Program-made: the position numbers and the translations under genes
NCBI GenBank assembly: GCA_032718475.1
Contig: JAUCBJ010006774.1
Span: 1-64,000, forward strand
Source: Nemertoderma westbladi
Lineage: Eukaryota; Animalia; Xenacoelomorpha
Direction of reading: 5' to 3'
DNA length: 64,000 nucleotides
Part shown: in pieces, positions 1-11,234 of the stretch
Position numbering within the stretch: the first letter of the stretch is position 1
Layout: each line of letters opens with the position of its first letter
Notes under the pieces: model-generated
Database searches by the model: none
What the model was told of the DNA's origin: nothing
What the model saw: the letters and a program-made list of their open reading frames with translations, nothing else

Positions 1-2853
1 CACTTTCTTGTCCCAGCGTGTACATACTCCACCCTTTGGTAAAGTAGAGACTACGGCTCCAATAACCATGGAACTCTGATATTCATGAGACTTACCTAAC
101 CAGTCCAATTGTCTACAGATTTCCTGAATTTCATCAGAAAACTCTATAATCCCGCTACTAAGGAAGTGTCGAGGGGCTACTAATTTTGCATACAAATACT
201 TAGCTATGTTATCCTTGTTACCATACCTGATGTTTAATGTATCCCAAACTTGTCTTAATCCTTCTGGATGTCCAATAAACTTTAACGCCATTAACTTGGG
301 AGGTCCTTCCAAGCACTTGATGAGGAACCTAAGTTTCTCTCCGTTAGATAGCACAGAGTTCTGTATGCTGTCTTTGTAATATTCGTTGAAAGGTAACCAT
401 TTCATCTCGTCTCCATTGAATTTGACGATCTCTCCTACTTTGACCGCTTGGCGGGCTTCTGTTCTAGCCATCTGACGCGTAAAGCTTTCTTGGGCCATCG
501 TGTTATTTAATATCGAATTATCGGTATATAAATTTCTCGGATCATTATCAGGTCTATAGGGAATACCATTAACAACAGGTCTATAATCACCCTTAATAGG
601 GTTTGCTATAGGAGTTTCTACTTCACTAGCAGTATAGATGCGTGTAGGCTCCACACCTTGCGCATGTAATACTTCAGACCTAACAGGTTGACACAATGTT
701 ACAGGGGGTATTGGTATGCCCTTTTGTATATTGACTAATTTATCGCGTTCTAGTGCGATACTTTGCTGCACTTCTTGCAATTCTGCCCTACTTTCCCTTA
801 CTGTTCCCTTAAGCTGGTGGACAGTCTCCTGCATCTGTCCGAGCAGGAGGTTCATCCCCCGCCGTCCCTCCTCCACCCACTCAACTGCCGAAGCGGGAGT
901 CGCCAACATTGTAGCGGGTTGACGTGGGACGACGGGAGACAAATCTTTGATTCCTCTCTCAATGCTCAGGACAGGGGTATTTGCATGGACTGTTCCACCG
1001 GGTACAGGCAGTGTAGTACTATGTAAAGGGAATTTAGAGTTAAGCTCTGGAAGTGCAGGGGTCTCTAGCACAGGAGTGACTTTGGGAACGACAGGCCTAA
1101 TTATTTCAGGCTCATCGACTATAGTAGGGAGTCTTTTGACCTGGATAAATTGTTCTATGGGTTCTGCACTACCTAAGTCTGTGCTAGTTAGTTGTCTTTT
1201 AACAGCTGGGGGCAAATCAGGTAATTTGTGACGGTAAGATGTTTTTCTACGCCTGCTTAGACGAGATCTATTTCCTCCGCCTTCAGGATCGGTGGTTTCG
1301 CTTTCCTCTGATGAAGTATAGCCCTGGCGTTTGGGAGTAGATTTTCTCATCATTTGCATGTGACTAGCAGTTAACTGTTTATTTATGTTATCTTGCGTCT
1401 CTTGCAGCTTTTCCAACTCCAGTTGGGTAGTCTGCTCAGACGCTCTCCGTTCTGCTTCCGCTACTGCCTTTTCCGCCCTTGCTTCTGCTTCTGCCATGGC
1501 CGCCTTTGCTTCTGCCGCCGCTGCCTTTCTTTGTATTTCTGCTTCTGCCATGGCCGCCTTTGCTTCTGCCGTGGCCGCCTTTGCTTCTGCCGCCGCTGCC
1601 TTTCTTTGTATTTCTGCTTCTGCCCTTGCCGCTGCCTCCTTTCTTTCTGCTTCGGCTTCTGCGATTGCCGCTGCCCTTTGGTCCTCTATCCTCCTTTTCT
1701 TTACTTGTTCTTCTTGAACTCTAGTGAGGCGGAGTTTTTCATCAAATTCAGCTTGGTTAGCCGCCAACATTTCAGCGTCGATTGAGTCTAACACACGCTG
1801 GGTTCCTTCACTATTAGGGGAAAGTCCAGACAGTCGTCTCCTCAACTCTTCGTCTCCTAGGAATCGCTGATAGTCGGATAGGTAAATGTCGATGGCGTCT
1901 CTCGTTCGTGGTCTCTCTGCGGTCTCTTCGCTTTCCACTTCAGAAAGGGTGGCATCGGTTGGTTCTTCATAAGTTAGTCTCTCAGACAGCTGGGATTTCC
2001 ACTGGTCCGTTTCTTGCACTTTGCGACCTACCCTCTGGAACCAAGTCTTAACAGAAACCTGCAGCGACGTGTCCTGTCTTCTTTTGGAAGTTTCCTCAAA
2101 GGCTGACAGAATTAGTCTAATGCGTAGGGTTCTTTCGCGCACTTGATATAGCAGCTCTTCCTGCTCTTGAGGTCCTTGGGGTTGTCGAAACAGTTGTTCT
2201 TCTAATCGCTCTAAGGAGCCGAAGAACCCTTGCACATATCCTGCTGCCGACCTCTTCCAAACAGCTGGATCCATTGTAACTTTAGTCACTCCCATCCGGT
2301 GTATATCTTCCCAAGTAGCTTCGGACAGATCTAACGGGAGTCCAGGTCCGGGAAAGTTCCATTGTGACTCGACAATAGACATCAATTCTTCCCTGGCGTA
2401 TCCCGCATAATTATCTTGGGTCGCTTTCTTATTCCTCGCCCAATCTGCTTGATGTTCCTCCACCGCAATCAATATAGTGGTTAGCACTGCGGCAGGAAGG
2501 GTGAGAAGAGGGTCCGAGTAGGCTGTAGCCGCCATCTGCAATCCGCGTTCGGGGGTCAGCTCGACAGTATCCGAACTACTGGAGCTATCGGATCGCTGGG
2601 AACAAGTTTCTTGACTAGGCTGTTGCTGCTGTGGGACAGCTGCTTCCTGGTTCCGTTTGACTTGGGCCCGAGTGCCGATGATAGACCTACTGTGTTGGAT
2701 TAGCCTAGGGTCTGATACTACTGGTGGGGGAATGACCTTTCTCTCAGTAGGAGGTGAGCTGAACTCCTTTCTTAATCGCTCCACACTCCTATCTGTGTCA
2801 CAGATGGTTGTATCGATTAGACTATCTGACAGGTTTTGCTGAGTGTCAGACAT
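1..2853 (-). CDS. Gag-like ORF of a BEL/Pao LTR retrotransposon (DUF1759-type capsid region near the left edge), 3'-truncated by the window
   Basis: ATG at 2853 (MSDTQQNLSDSLIDTT...). The frame stays open to base 1 (...LPKGGVCTRWDKKV), which explains its absence from the ORF track. Contains VKFNGDEMKWLPFNEYYKDSIQNSVLSNGEKLRFLIKCLEGPP...VWDTLNIRYGN, matching the BEL/Pao gag pattern FxG...W..F...EK...L...L.G...W..L..RYG. Ala/Glu/Lys coiled-coil repeats at about 1430-1720. Confidence 0.8.
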   Translation of the reverse strand, partial: MSDTQQNLSDSLIDTTICDTDRSVERLRKEFSSPPTERKVIPPPVVSDPRLIQHSRSIIGTRAQVKRNQEAAVPQQQQPSQETCSQRSDSSSSSDTVELTPERGLQMAATAYSDPLLTLPAAVLTTILIAVEEHQADWARNKKATQDNYAGYAREELMSIVESQWNFPGPGLPLDLSEATWEDIHRMGVTKVTMDPAVWKRSAAGYVQGFFGSLERLEEQLFRQPQGPQEQEELLYQVRERTLRIRLILSAFEETSKRRQDTSLQVSVKTWFQRVGRKVQETDQWKSQLSERLTYEEPTDATLSEVESEETAERPRTRDAIDIYLSDYQRFLGDEELRRRLSGLSPNSEGTQRVLDSIDAEMLAANQAEFDEKLRLTRVQEEQVKKRRIEDQRAAAIAEAEAERKEAAARAEAEIQRKAAAAEAKAATAEAKAAMAEAEIQRKAAAAEAKAAMAEAEARAEKAVAEAERRASEQTTQLELEKLQETQDNINKQLTASHMQMMRKSTPKRQGYTSSEESETTDPEGGGNRSRLSRRRKTSYRHKLPDLPPAVKRQLTSTDLGSAEPIEQFIQVKRLPTIVDEPEIIRPVVPKVTPVLETPALPELNSKFPLHSTTLPVPGGTVHANTPVLSIERGIKDLSPVVPRQPATMLATPASAVEWVEEGRRGMNLLLGQMQETVHQLKGTVRESRAELQEVQQSIALERDKLVNIQKGIPIPPVTLCQPVRSEVLHAQGVEPTRIYTASEVETPIANPIKGDYRPVVNGIPYRPDNDPRNLYTDNSILNNTMAQESFTRQMARTEARQAVKVGEIVKFNGDEMKWLPFNEYYKDSIQNSVLSNGEKLRFLIKCLEGPPKLMALKFIGHPEGLRQVWDTLNIRYGNKDNIAKYLYAKLVAPRHFLSSGIIEFSDEIQEICRQLDWLGKSHEYQSSMVIGAVVSTLPKGGVCTRWDKKV

Positions 2854-2939
2854 GTTTAGCTATACAGTTGAATGCTTACTGCTATAGTTACAGTTAAAGC
2901 AAGTCCAGTAATTCAGTATGACCGTTGGCCTAGTACCAG

Positions 2940-4950
2940 TAATTTATTACAGTATATTAGAATACCGGTATACACTTATAGTATATATAAGTATTGTAAA
3001 CTAGGTTTGTCACAGAGTACCGGTATATAAATTTAGCACAAATATATATAAATATATAATAGGCCTATCGTGAATACCGGTATACAGCTGACACTTATAG
3101 TATATATAAGTATAATTATTACTAGAATTAATTACAGAATACCGGTATGATTTCAGCTCAAATTTATAGAAATAAATATAATAAGCCTATGGTAAATACC
3201 GGTATGTCAATTATTTTAGAATAATTGAATTTCTGAATATTTAGGGTTACTTGGTTACTCTAACTTACTTTGTTACCGTTATTTAAGCAGTAGTCCAACT
3301 GATTTTGAGACCTAGTTGTTGTATGGCAGGCCTACTATTTATAAATCGTTTGAGTTGATTTATAATATATATATACCCGTTAAAAGGGTTTTGTCTATAT
3401 TTGAAATAAATGTTATTATTTCTGGGGGAGTCACTACACAGAAGCTGTGCTCTCTCAGTGAAGTGCTATTTATGGGACACTAAAACAGATAATTCTAATT
3501 TACCTAAGTTACTTAATACTACAAATTACTTACGCTACGGGTGAGATTAAATCTCTAATTAAACACAACGAAAATATTACGTACGAATATTTTTAGGGTA
3601 ATTTTACAGGAAGTCTACAAACCAGCCTAACAAAGGGTTAGAATTCTGGTTATTACAACGGACAGGGTACTACGGTATTTGAAAATAATAAGTAGTAGTA
3701 AATATACTGTACTGTCCAGATAGGAAAATACCACCGCCTGACGACCTATAACCGTATCGCTATAGGTACTACGTTATGTATCACGGATTGTTCCTACCTA
3801 GAAGTTAATTACCGCGGACTACCAGATCCAGCGTGCCTATTAACCACTTTACAACACAAATATACTGCCTACACACTAATTACTTCGGAAAGCACTGTAC
3901 ACTAAACGCCATCTGCTGGAGTGACCAGAGCACAAAGTCACCAGTCTTGTCCTACGCCAAGCAGCCCGTGTAGTACCGGGGTTAATTTAACTATAACGGT
4001 ATGTGTAACAAACACAATTACTGTAGGAATAAACTTGGGGACATGAATGTTGCGAATAATCGCATAAACTCTGAATAATAAATATTACGCTACCCGTACA
4101 GAATACTCAAACAAAATACAAACCAAACGCTGGCAGACTACCACCAAGCCTAAATAAACTACTGTATGTGCAGATTCCAAAACGGTTAGTTAGTATGCGT
4201 TCTAACACGGTAGTACGACTTATTCTTTAAGAGGGGATTGACCTTACAGTTATGACTGCCCCAACTTACTAACTGGCACTTTATCAGACAAACTCTACAC
4301 AAGCAGCAATCTCTTCAGACCTAGTAATAGCTAGACAACAATCCAGCCTACAAAATATCTGAGTAATAACTATTACGGTATCTGAACAGACCACACAAAC
4401 AAACACAAGCCAAAACGCTGGCAGAATACTGTCAAGCCTAAATAAACTACAGTATGTGCAGATTCCAAAATCGTTAGTTAGTATGCGTTCTAACACGGTA
4501 GTACGACTTATTCTTTAAGAGGGGGTTGACCTTACACTCAAGTTGCCCCAACTTACTAACTGGCACTCTATCGGACAAACTCCACACACGCCGTAATCTC
4601 TCCAAACCCAACAACAATCCGACAACAGTCTGGCCTACAGTTATCTGAACAATCTGAGCAGACTTACACGTCTTCAGCTCAATATTTACTTACTAGGAAA
4701 TAAAACCGACAGAAATAAGAAAAATCTCAATAAAAACCAGGGCGGCCGTTCCCTGATTAAATACTAAGACCTACCGGTATACTATAATCAAAATCGAATA
4801 ATACTAATGTACTTATACTGGAAGTACCGGTTAGGACAGTTGGGCCTACGGACCTACAGAAGTGCCGGTTCTGGCAGTTGGACCTACTGACCTACAGCAG
4901 TACCGGTTCTGGCAGTTGGGCCTACTGACCTACAGAAGTACCGGTTCAGG
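2940..4950. repeat. Tandem duplications in the 5' leader of the BEL element
   Basis: Degenerate ataccggtat-anchored repeats at 2940-3210; a roughly 290-bp block present twice (about 4110-4360 and 4400-4650); three 36-38-bp agtaccggttctggcagttgggcctactgacctacag units at about 4820-4950. Confidence 0.75.
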
Positions 4951-5061
4951 TTTACCGGTCGATCGGTACTTTCAACTTTATTGCTTACTGCAATAAAGTC
5001 AATGACTGTTATTGTACGCGCTTTTGAAGACCTTTAGCAGTTTAACCTGCCAAAATTTATA

Positions 5062-6275
5062 TGTCTTTTAGTTTATAAATCGACTCTAGAAAATGACAAT
5101 ATTTAATACCAATAAACACAACATTAGCAGAAGCCAGCCTAGTGTGCGTCCATTCACCCGCTGGATATTCCCGGGAGACTGGATTCTGAGGGCTTAGATT
5201 ATTATTGCAGTGAAGCTTACTGTATTATTAGATTGATCGTTAATAAATAATTTCTGACTAATATTATTCACTTTCGGGAAATATTAACAGTTCCTTTAGG
5301 ACGTGGCGCTCTATCTAAGTAAACAGAGATATGACTTATACTAATCACAACGGTAAGTCGGTAAGGCTTATGATTCACGTATGAGGCGCATTCTTTAGGA
5401 AATGCTTAGTTATCAGCCACAATCATGCACACTACCGGTAACACACAATACTGCTCACTAACTTGCCGACCGTCAATGAATTTTATCATATATAAAGAAA
5501 ATAGCAACGGACCAATGTAGTGCTTATCAAATAGCATTAAATTCAATACACACCACAATAATATAAGTCGCAATCGCTATAAATATAACCCGCCTCTCTA
5601 ACCTGTAGTGTATCAAGAAAATTGGGAAATTTGGGTTCTTTATAAACGTTCTCCAAATAATCTTCAATCAACTGATATAAAATAATAACAACAGTAAAAA
5701 TATTAAGACGGTAGGTTAAGATATGATATGAACCGATATGTACAGTGATATGAGTTCAGTGTCCAAATTGTGCCGTGTTGTGTTATGTTATGAACTGACA
5801 ACAGTCATACGCTCTATAATCTTAAGCCTACTAATGTTTCTTTCTAGAGCCGTTGTTTCTGGCTTAGACAGCAATAACAACAAAGTATCAGTAAAAAACT
5901 GTAAGACTGAACAATCCCAGTATGATCGGCTCAAAGCTCCACATCGACAGAGAGAATCGCTCTGATTGGCTGAAGCCAAACAAAGAACCATGCGTCCAAT
6001 GGCTGTTTCCATTTAAGCAACCAGCTGTTAGATGTCGTAATCTGAATCATCACGGCTAAGCTGTGTAAAAGTATTTGCCGTATTGCGGGTTTTTTGCCTT
6101 ACCATGTCCGCTAAAACACGTATATAGAAGAATGACTTTTATGTCCGTTAAAAACACCTGTAACGGTACCTTGCGGGCAAGGGGAATATATATACAGTTA
6201 GAGAACCCTTTTAGAGTATTCCAGCGCCTAGGGGGAAACTGGATTGCGAAGCAAAGGGGCCAGTTATATCCCACA
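5062..6275 (-). mobile_element. Candidate 5' LTR of the BEL/Pao element
   Basis: Minus strand begins TGTGGGATATA (6275) and ends AAAGACA (5062). ATTAAA lies about 45 nt before the end, CCAAT boxes at about 5960-6000, and TTTTGGCAGG (possible PBS) follows. The partner LTR is outside the window, so the boundaries are unverified. Confidence 0.3.
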
Positions 6276-7028
6276 GAAGCTTTTACACAAACAACGAAAA
6301 GATAATTAATGATGCTCGCATGGCTTTTGGTGAGGTCAATTGGAATAAGAGTTATCATTCTTACGAATACTGGAGTAGAATTTATAGTGCCAATCTGTCA
6401 ATCTTATTGAGATGGTGATTTTGCTTAATGTGAAATATATAGCTAAAGTACATTATTGAAAGAAACCGTAGCAAGTTTGGTATATTGCTGTACCATAGGA
6501 TAATACATAAAATTATATGAATATACAGCAACATATATTTTCTAGAATCCCGTAACATAGCAATTTCTAAGAAAAGAGTATAATTTTAGGAAAAAATGGT
6601 ATTATACAACTTATAGAACATTTTTTTAAAAGTATACGATTATAATTTTAGCTAGTTTCCGTAGCAATATGCAAGAATTAATAATAAACGGATATAATAC
6701 CTAAAGCAAATTAATCTGTATAACTATTGAGGCCGTAGGCCGAAGTAGTTATAATATTAATGCGGCGAGTTGATGTTAACGAATATGATTGACCTACAGT
6801 TTATATCTATCACAACTGTTATTTTCGCATCATGTGTAGGGCCTATGGGTGGGGTTGGGTACAATCATTGCTAGCAAGTATTGCTATTCCAGTACTCGTA
6901 CCCATCCCTCCAATTAATAGTAGGTAGGTACTCCATTCGAATACAAGTATATTACTCTTTGTTAATGTGTAATAAATATTATTGGAAATATTATTAAAAA
7001 TAGACAAAGTGTAAATTGTAAATTGTTA

Positions 7029-7274
7029 GGCCGCGTTCACACTACCGAGTCATTGTTAGGCCGCGTTCACACTACCGAGTCAAAGTCAAAATAAAATAAA
7101 TATAGTTAGCAATAATAAATAATAATACATTATATAGGCCTAATATAATACAAAAGGGGATTCTTGAAAAAATTAAATGTCATGCTTTGTGATTTACATT
7201 TTGTCTTTTGACTTTGACTTTGACTCGGTAGTGTAAACGCGGCCTAACAATGACTCGGTAGTGTGAACGCGGCC
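7029..7274. mobile_element. PIF/Harbinger-like MITE with doubled TIRs
   Basis: TIR GGCCGCGTTCACACTACCGAGTC occurs twice at each end (7029 and 7059; inverse copies ending 7244 and 7274). TTA on both flanks (7026-7028, 7275-7277). Confidence 0.8.
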
Positions 7275-8814
7275 TTAGTGATTACTTTACTAGAGATAAA
7301 TCATTATTATTAGTGGGTTTTCTAATAATGATTTTAGTGATGATGAAAAAAATTGAACAGCTGATAACTAACAGCTGAAACATCTTCTTTCCGTCTTTAC
7401 TGTTACTTACTACATCATACTACAGTCTAGCCCAAGGACTGAAGGATACTGAGATAACTGGAACTGGATAAGCCTACTTCTGTTCTGCTGTTTGTCTGTA
7501 CCAGTCAGCCAGTAGCAGTACCAGTGTACTACTTCCAGACTTCTCTTGAATGTGAGGTGCGTGCAGAGCAGCAGAGTGCACTCTCGACTCGACCCTCAAT
7601 TTCTATCTGTCTATCCAGCAGTTAGCAGGTTAGTTCGTACCGTACCGGTAGTACACTTATGCTAGCCTCTACAATTTGTATGATTGTGTGATTTTCAGAT
7701 TTTTGACCTTGCTACCAGCTGAGCTGACCAGTACAGCATACAGCAGTACAGGCATACGGTCTGACGGTAAGGCAGTAAGGCAATACTGCACTGCCATATA
7801 CCGGTCTGCCGGTACCCAGTACCGTACTGCGTAGTCTTCTGCTGACTTCTAAGTCATGCAGTTGTGGTCGCGGTCGGTAGGACTATTCCATATTCCTTGC
7901 AGACCTGCAGAGTGCAGACGGACGTCGGACAGACAGAGTTCGTTGTTATTGAGGTATAGCTGTAGCGTAGGCCTATGGCTTTACCTATTGCCTGATTGCT
8001 GTACAACATTCTTAAAAATGCAGCTGCACCTGCAATGCAGCATGTCGATCCTAGTAGTACAGTACTGCAGTAACAGTTAGTAGTAGTAGTAGTATTGCAG
8101 AACAGCAGAAGGCCTATTCCTGTCTGTATTCCAGTATTCTGCTGGTCTATTGGCAGATTGGTCTATTCTATTGGTTACCGTATCTATCTGTCAGTCTGTC
8201 TATCATCACTTCAGCACTCTCAGACTCCAGACTCTGGCACTTCTTTGTCAGTCTATCACTAGTCAGCTAGTAAGTAAGTACCGACTCACGGCCAGACGGC
8301 ACATGTCAGCCGGTACGTACGTGCAGACGTGGATGTTGCACTTTCCACTTACTGCAGCACCGCTCTGCCGCTGTGTTATGAAGGCCTGAGATTTTATTCA
8401 TAGGCAGATAGGTACCAGTAGCACTGTACCAGTAGGCCTACGGCAGTACGGTAGCAGTACCGCCCCCGTCTATCAGTTCAGTATGTACAGATGTACGTAC
8501 CTTTACCTACAGACCTAACTTACTGTAGTACTGTTACTGGTATCTTGGTATGGCAGTACAGTATGGTAAGTACAAAGTACCGTACTGCCGTACCCACGTA
8601 GGTCAGTAGGTACTTGCAACCGGTACCCTGGTACCGTCATAGGTACCGGTACCGCCATACATATTGGCAATGGCATAGATGCAGATGGGCTGCCAAACCA
8701 TGAAATTTTTTAACGCCCACCTGCCCATACATACCCATACAGCCATATCAGCATGATATCCTGCCTGATATCTCTATTTTTCATTTCAAGAACGTTCAGT
8801 AGACCTATGACTAC

Positions 8815-9900
8815 AAAATACTGAAAGTATTTTGTTTGGTTCCAAAAGAAAGTTAAAGAAGGTAACTAAGTTTGAAGTCACTAGTAATGGACATAAGATT
8901 GAAAATAAAAAGGAAGTTAAATATTTAGGCGCCACATTGGATAACTGCTTATCAGGAGAAAGTACAGTGAAAAATATTTTCTCGAAAGTTAACAGTAGGC
9001 TTAGGTTTCTATACAGAAATAAAAATAGTTTAAACACCGACTCCCGCAAGTTACTTTGCTCTTCTTTAATACAGTGTCACATGGACTATGCGTGCTCTTC
9101 TTGGTATGAAGGCTTAACCAAACAGCTTAAATGTAAATTACAAGTAGCTCAGAATAAAGTAGTACGATTTATTAAAGACTACAAACCTAGGCACCACCTA
9201 ACTCCAGATGACTTTTCTGAATCTGGACTACTTCAGTACTTAACTTAGATAGTAGAGTTAAGCAGCTACGCCTTAACCATGTGCATAAAGTGTATAATGG
9301 TAAATGTCCCAATTACCTAAAACAAAAATTCAACAGAGTACGCGATACACACTCTTACAGTACCAGAGCTAGTGCTTCAAACTTCTACCTCCCGAATTGT
9401 AAATCCTTTGAATCTGATACTTTCTTTTTTAACGGCATAAAAAATTGGAACGCTCTGCCTAATGAAATTAAAAACCTAAATAATCAACATTCTTTTAAAT
9501 CTGCAGTTAATCTCATCTCCGTGTGCAATGTAAAAATGTAAAAATAGGTACAATAGTCCTACAGTAAGTTATTAGCTTATTAATTATTTACTATTTATGC
9601 TGTAAATACGTTTTATAATAAATTGTTCTGTACATTACATCTTTATCGTTGAGTCGGGCATTGTCACGCTCTCGGTAAAGTTGTACATGTACATAGTGTA
9701 ATTACGTTTATATTGGTTTTAGGTTAGCGTAGTGTAATATTGTATTTGTAACCAAGTAACATAAAGGACCCCCTTGGAAATAAGCTGCAAAGCTTTAGGG
9801 GTAATCCTATATGTTATGTTGGACAATACCTTTATACCGGTACATTGTTTGGTGTATTTGTTATTGTTTTTACATAATGTATAAATAAATCTATCTATCT
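8815..9900 (+). mobile_element. 5'-truncated CR1/L2-group (Crack/Daphne-like) LINE: RT C-terminus, 3' UTR and (ATCT)n tail; disrupted
   Basis: TESILFGS...EVKYLGATLD...LRFLYR...RKLL...LIQCHMDYACSSWY...KLQVAQNK...HSYSTR...WNALP, broken near 9248. Ends AATAAATAAATCTATCTATCT. Confidence 0.85.
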
Positions 9901-10994
9901 GACTGTATGACGTGTTATCGGTACCTGGGTAACTGTTACGTTACATATTTCGTATCTTTGCATTGCCGGCCTGTCATACGCTGCCATCTTCCCGTACAAA
10001 CAAAACAATATAAGGTTGAAGAATAACGGCCGTGTAAATGGTACAGTAGTGGTGTGGTAGGGGTAGACTGTAGGTAGAGGTACCGTAGTCTTACAATGCT
10101 GCAATGTGACGGCGACTGGCGACACAGACACCTTTTTAAAATGCTTTTACTAGATTTTATCCACGCCTAAAGATTGAAAGCGAAAATAACAATTCAATAA
10201 CAGTACTGCAGCAAGGAGAGAGGTGAAACTGCAAACTGACCTGTCTGTCTGTCTGTCTGTCTGTACTGCGGTACCGGTCTGTCGGTACTCTTTCTAACGA
10301 AATCTGACATGTGAAGCTCATGTATCCAGAGGGTGGGACCGTACCAGTAAGCTCTGTGTAGTAGTATCTTACCTACATATCTGACTTCTCTTACAGTTAC
10401 AGTCTTGTCTTACAGTTTGCATTTCATCATCAGTTCACCTTGTTATTACCAGGTTGGTGCGGCTGGTTAATCTCCTAAACTTTGGTTAACGTTGAAGACA
10501 AACACAACGCAAAGCTTACGACTCCGAAATCCATTGAGGTTAGTACAATAGGTGTGTATAATAATCAAACTTGGGCAACTTAATGCCCCTGTTGAAGGAT
10601 AACCTTCCACTGATACTGCACTATTTAAATATAACCCACTGGCATACAGCACAATATAAACAAAAGTACACTACACATACAGTACATAATTCAATATTAC
10701 AGTCTTAGTTAGTTAAACTGCATAAACCAAATATAATATTAGATATCTGCTTCTTACAATGCAAATAGTTTAAAAGCGTGAAAAATATACCTGGCAATAT
10801 TCAAAATTACATTTGGCGTTTTTGTACCCATTAGCTCAGTATATTTAAAAATACTAGGGTAGACCGTGGCGTATATCTTCTACCTAAATACCTGCATCAC
10901 AGGTTATTATAATGGCTACAAACTAATTGAGGTTAGTCTAATCAGTGTAGCCCTAACCGAACAATTTATATTCCCTAAAATGATTTAACTGGCA

Positions 10995-11234
10995 ATGTTA
11001 TACTGCTATTCTATTCTAGCTATAGGATATGAATGCTATACTGTTACAATGCTCTACCGTTACTACAACACAACTGTTTTAATGCTATACTGTTACATAG
11101 ATATACTGTTACACAATGATAATAATGATATGCTGTTACACAATGATATACTGTTACACAATGATATACTGTTCACAATAATATGCTGTTACACAATGCT
11201 ATACAGTTACACAATGCTATACTGTTACACAATG
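10995..11234. repeat. Degenerate ~18-bp repeat (tgttacacaatgctatac), resuming at 13679-13718 and 14826-14870
   Basis: The same motif flanks both the RTE LINE and the following MITE. Confidence 0.75.

Noticed and set aside
716-2842. Plus-strand ORFs, including Ala-rich and Cys/Phe-rich ones
   Set aside because: Antisense shadows of the BEL gag coiled-coil repeats.
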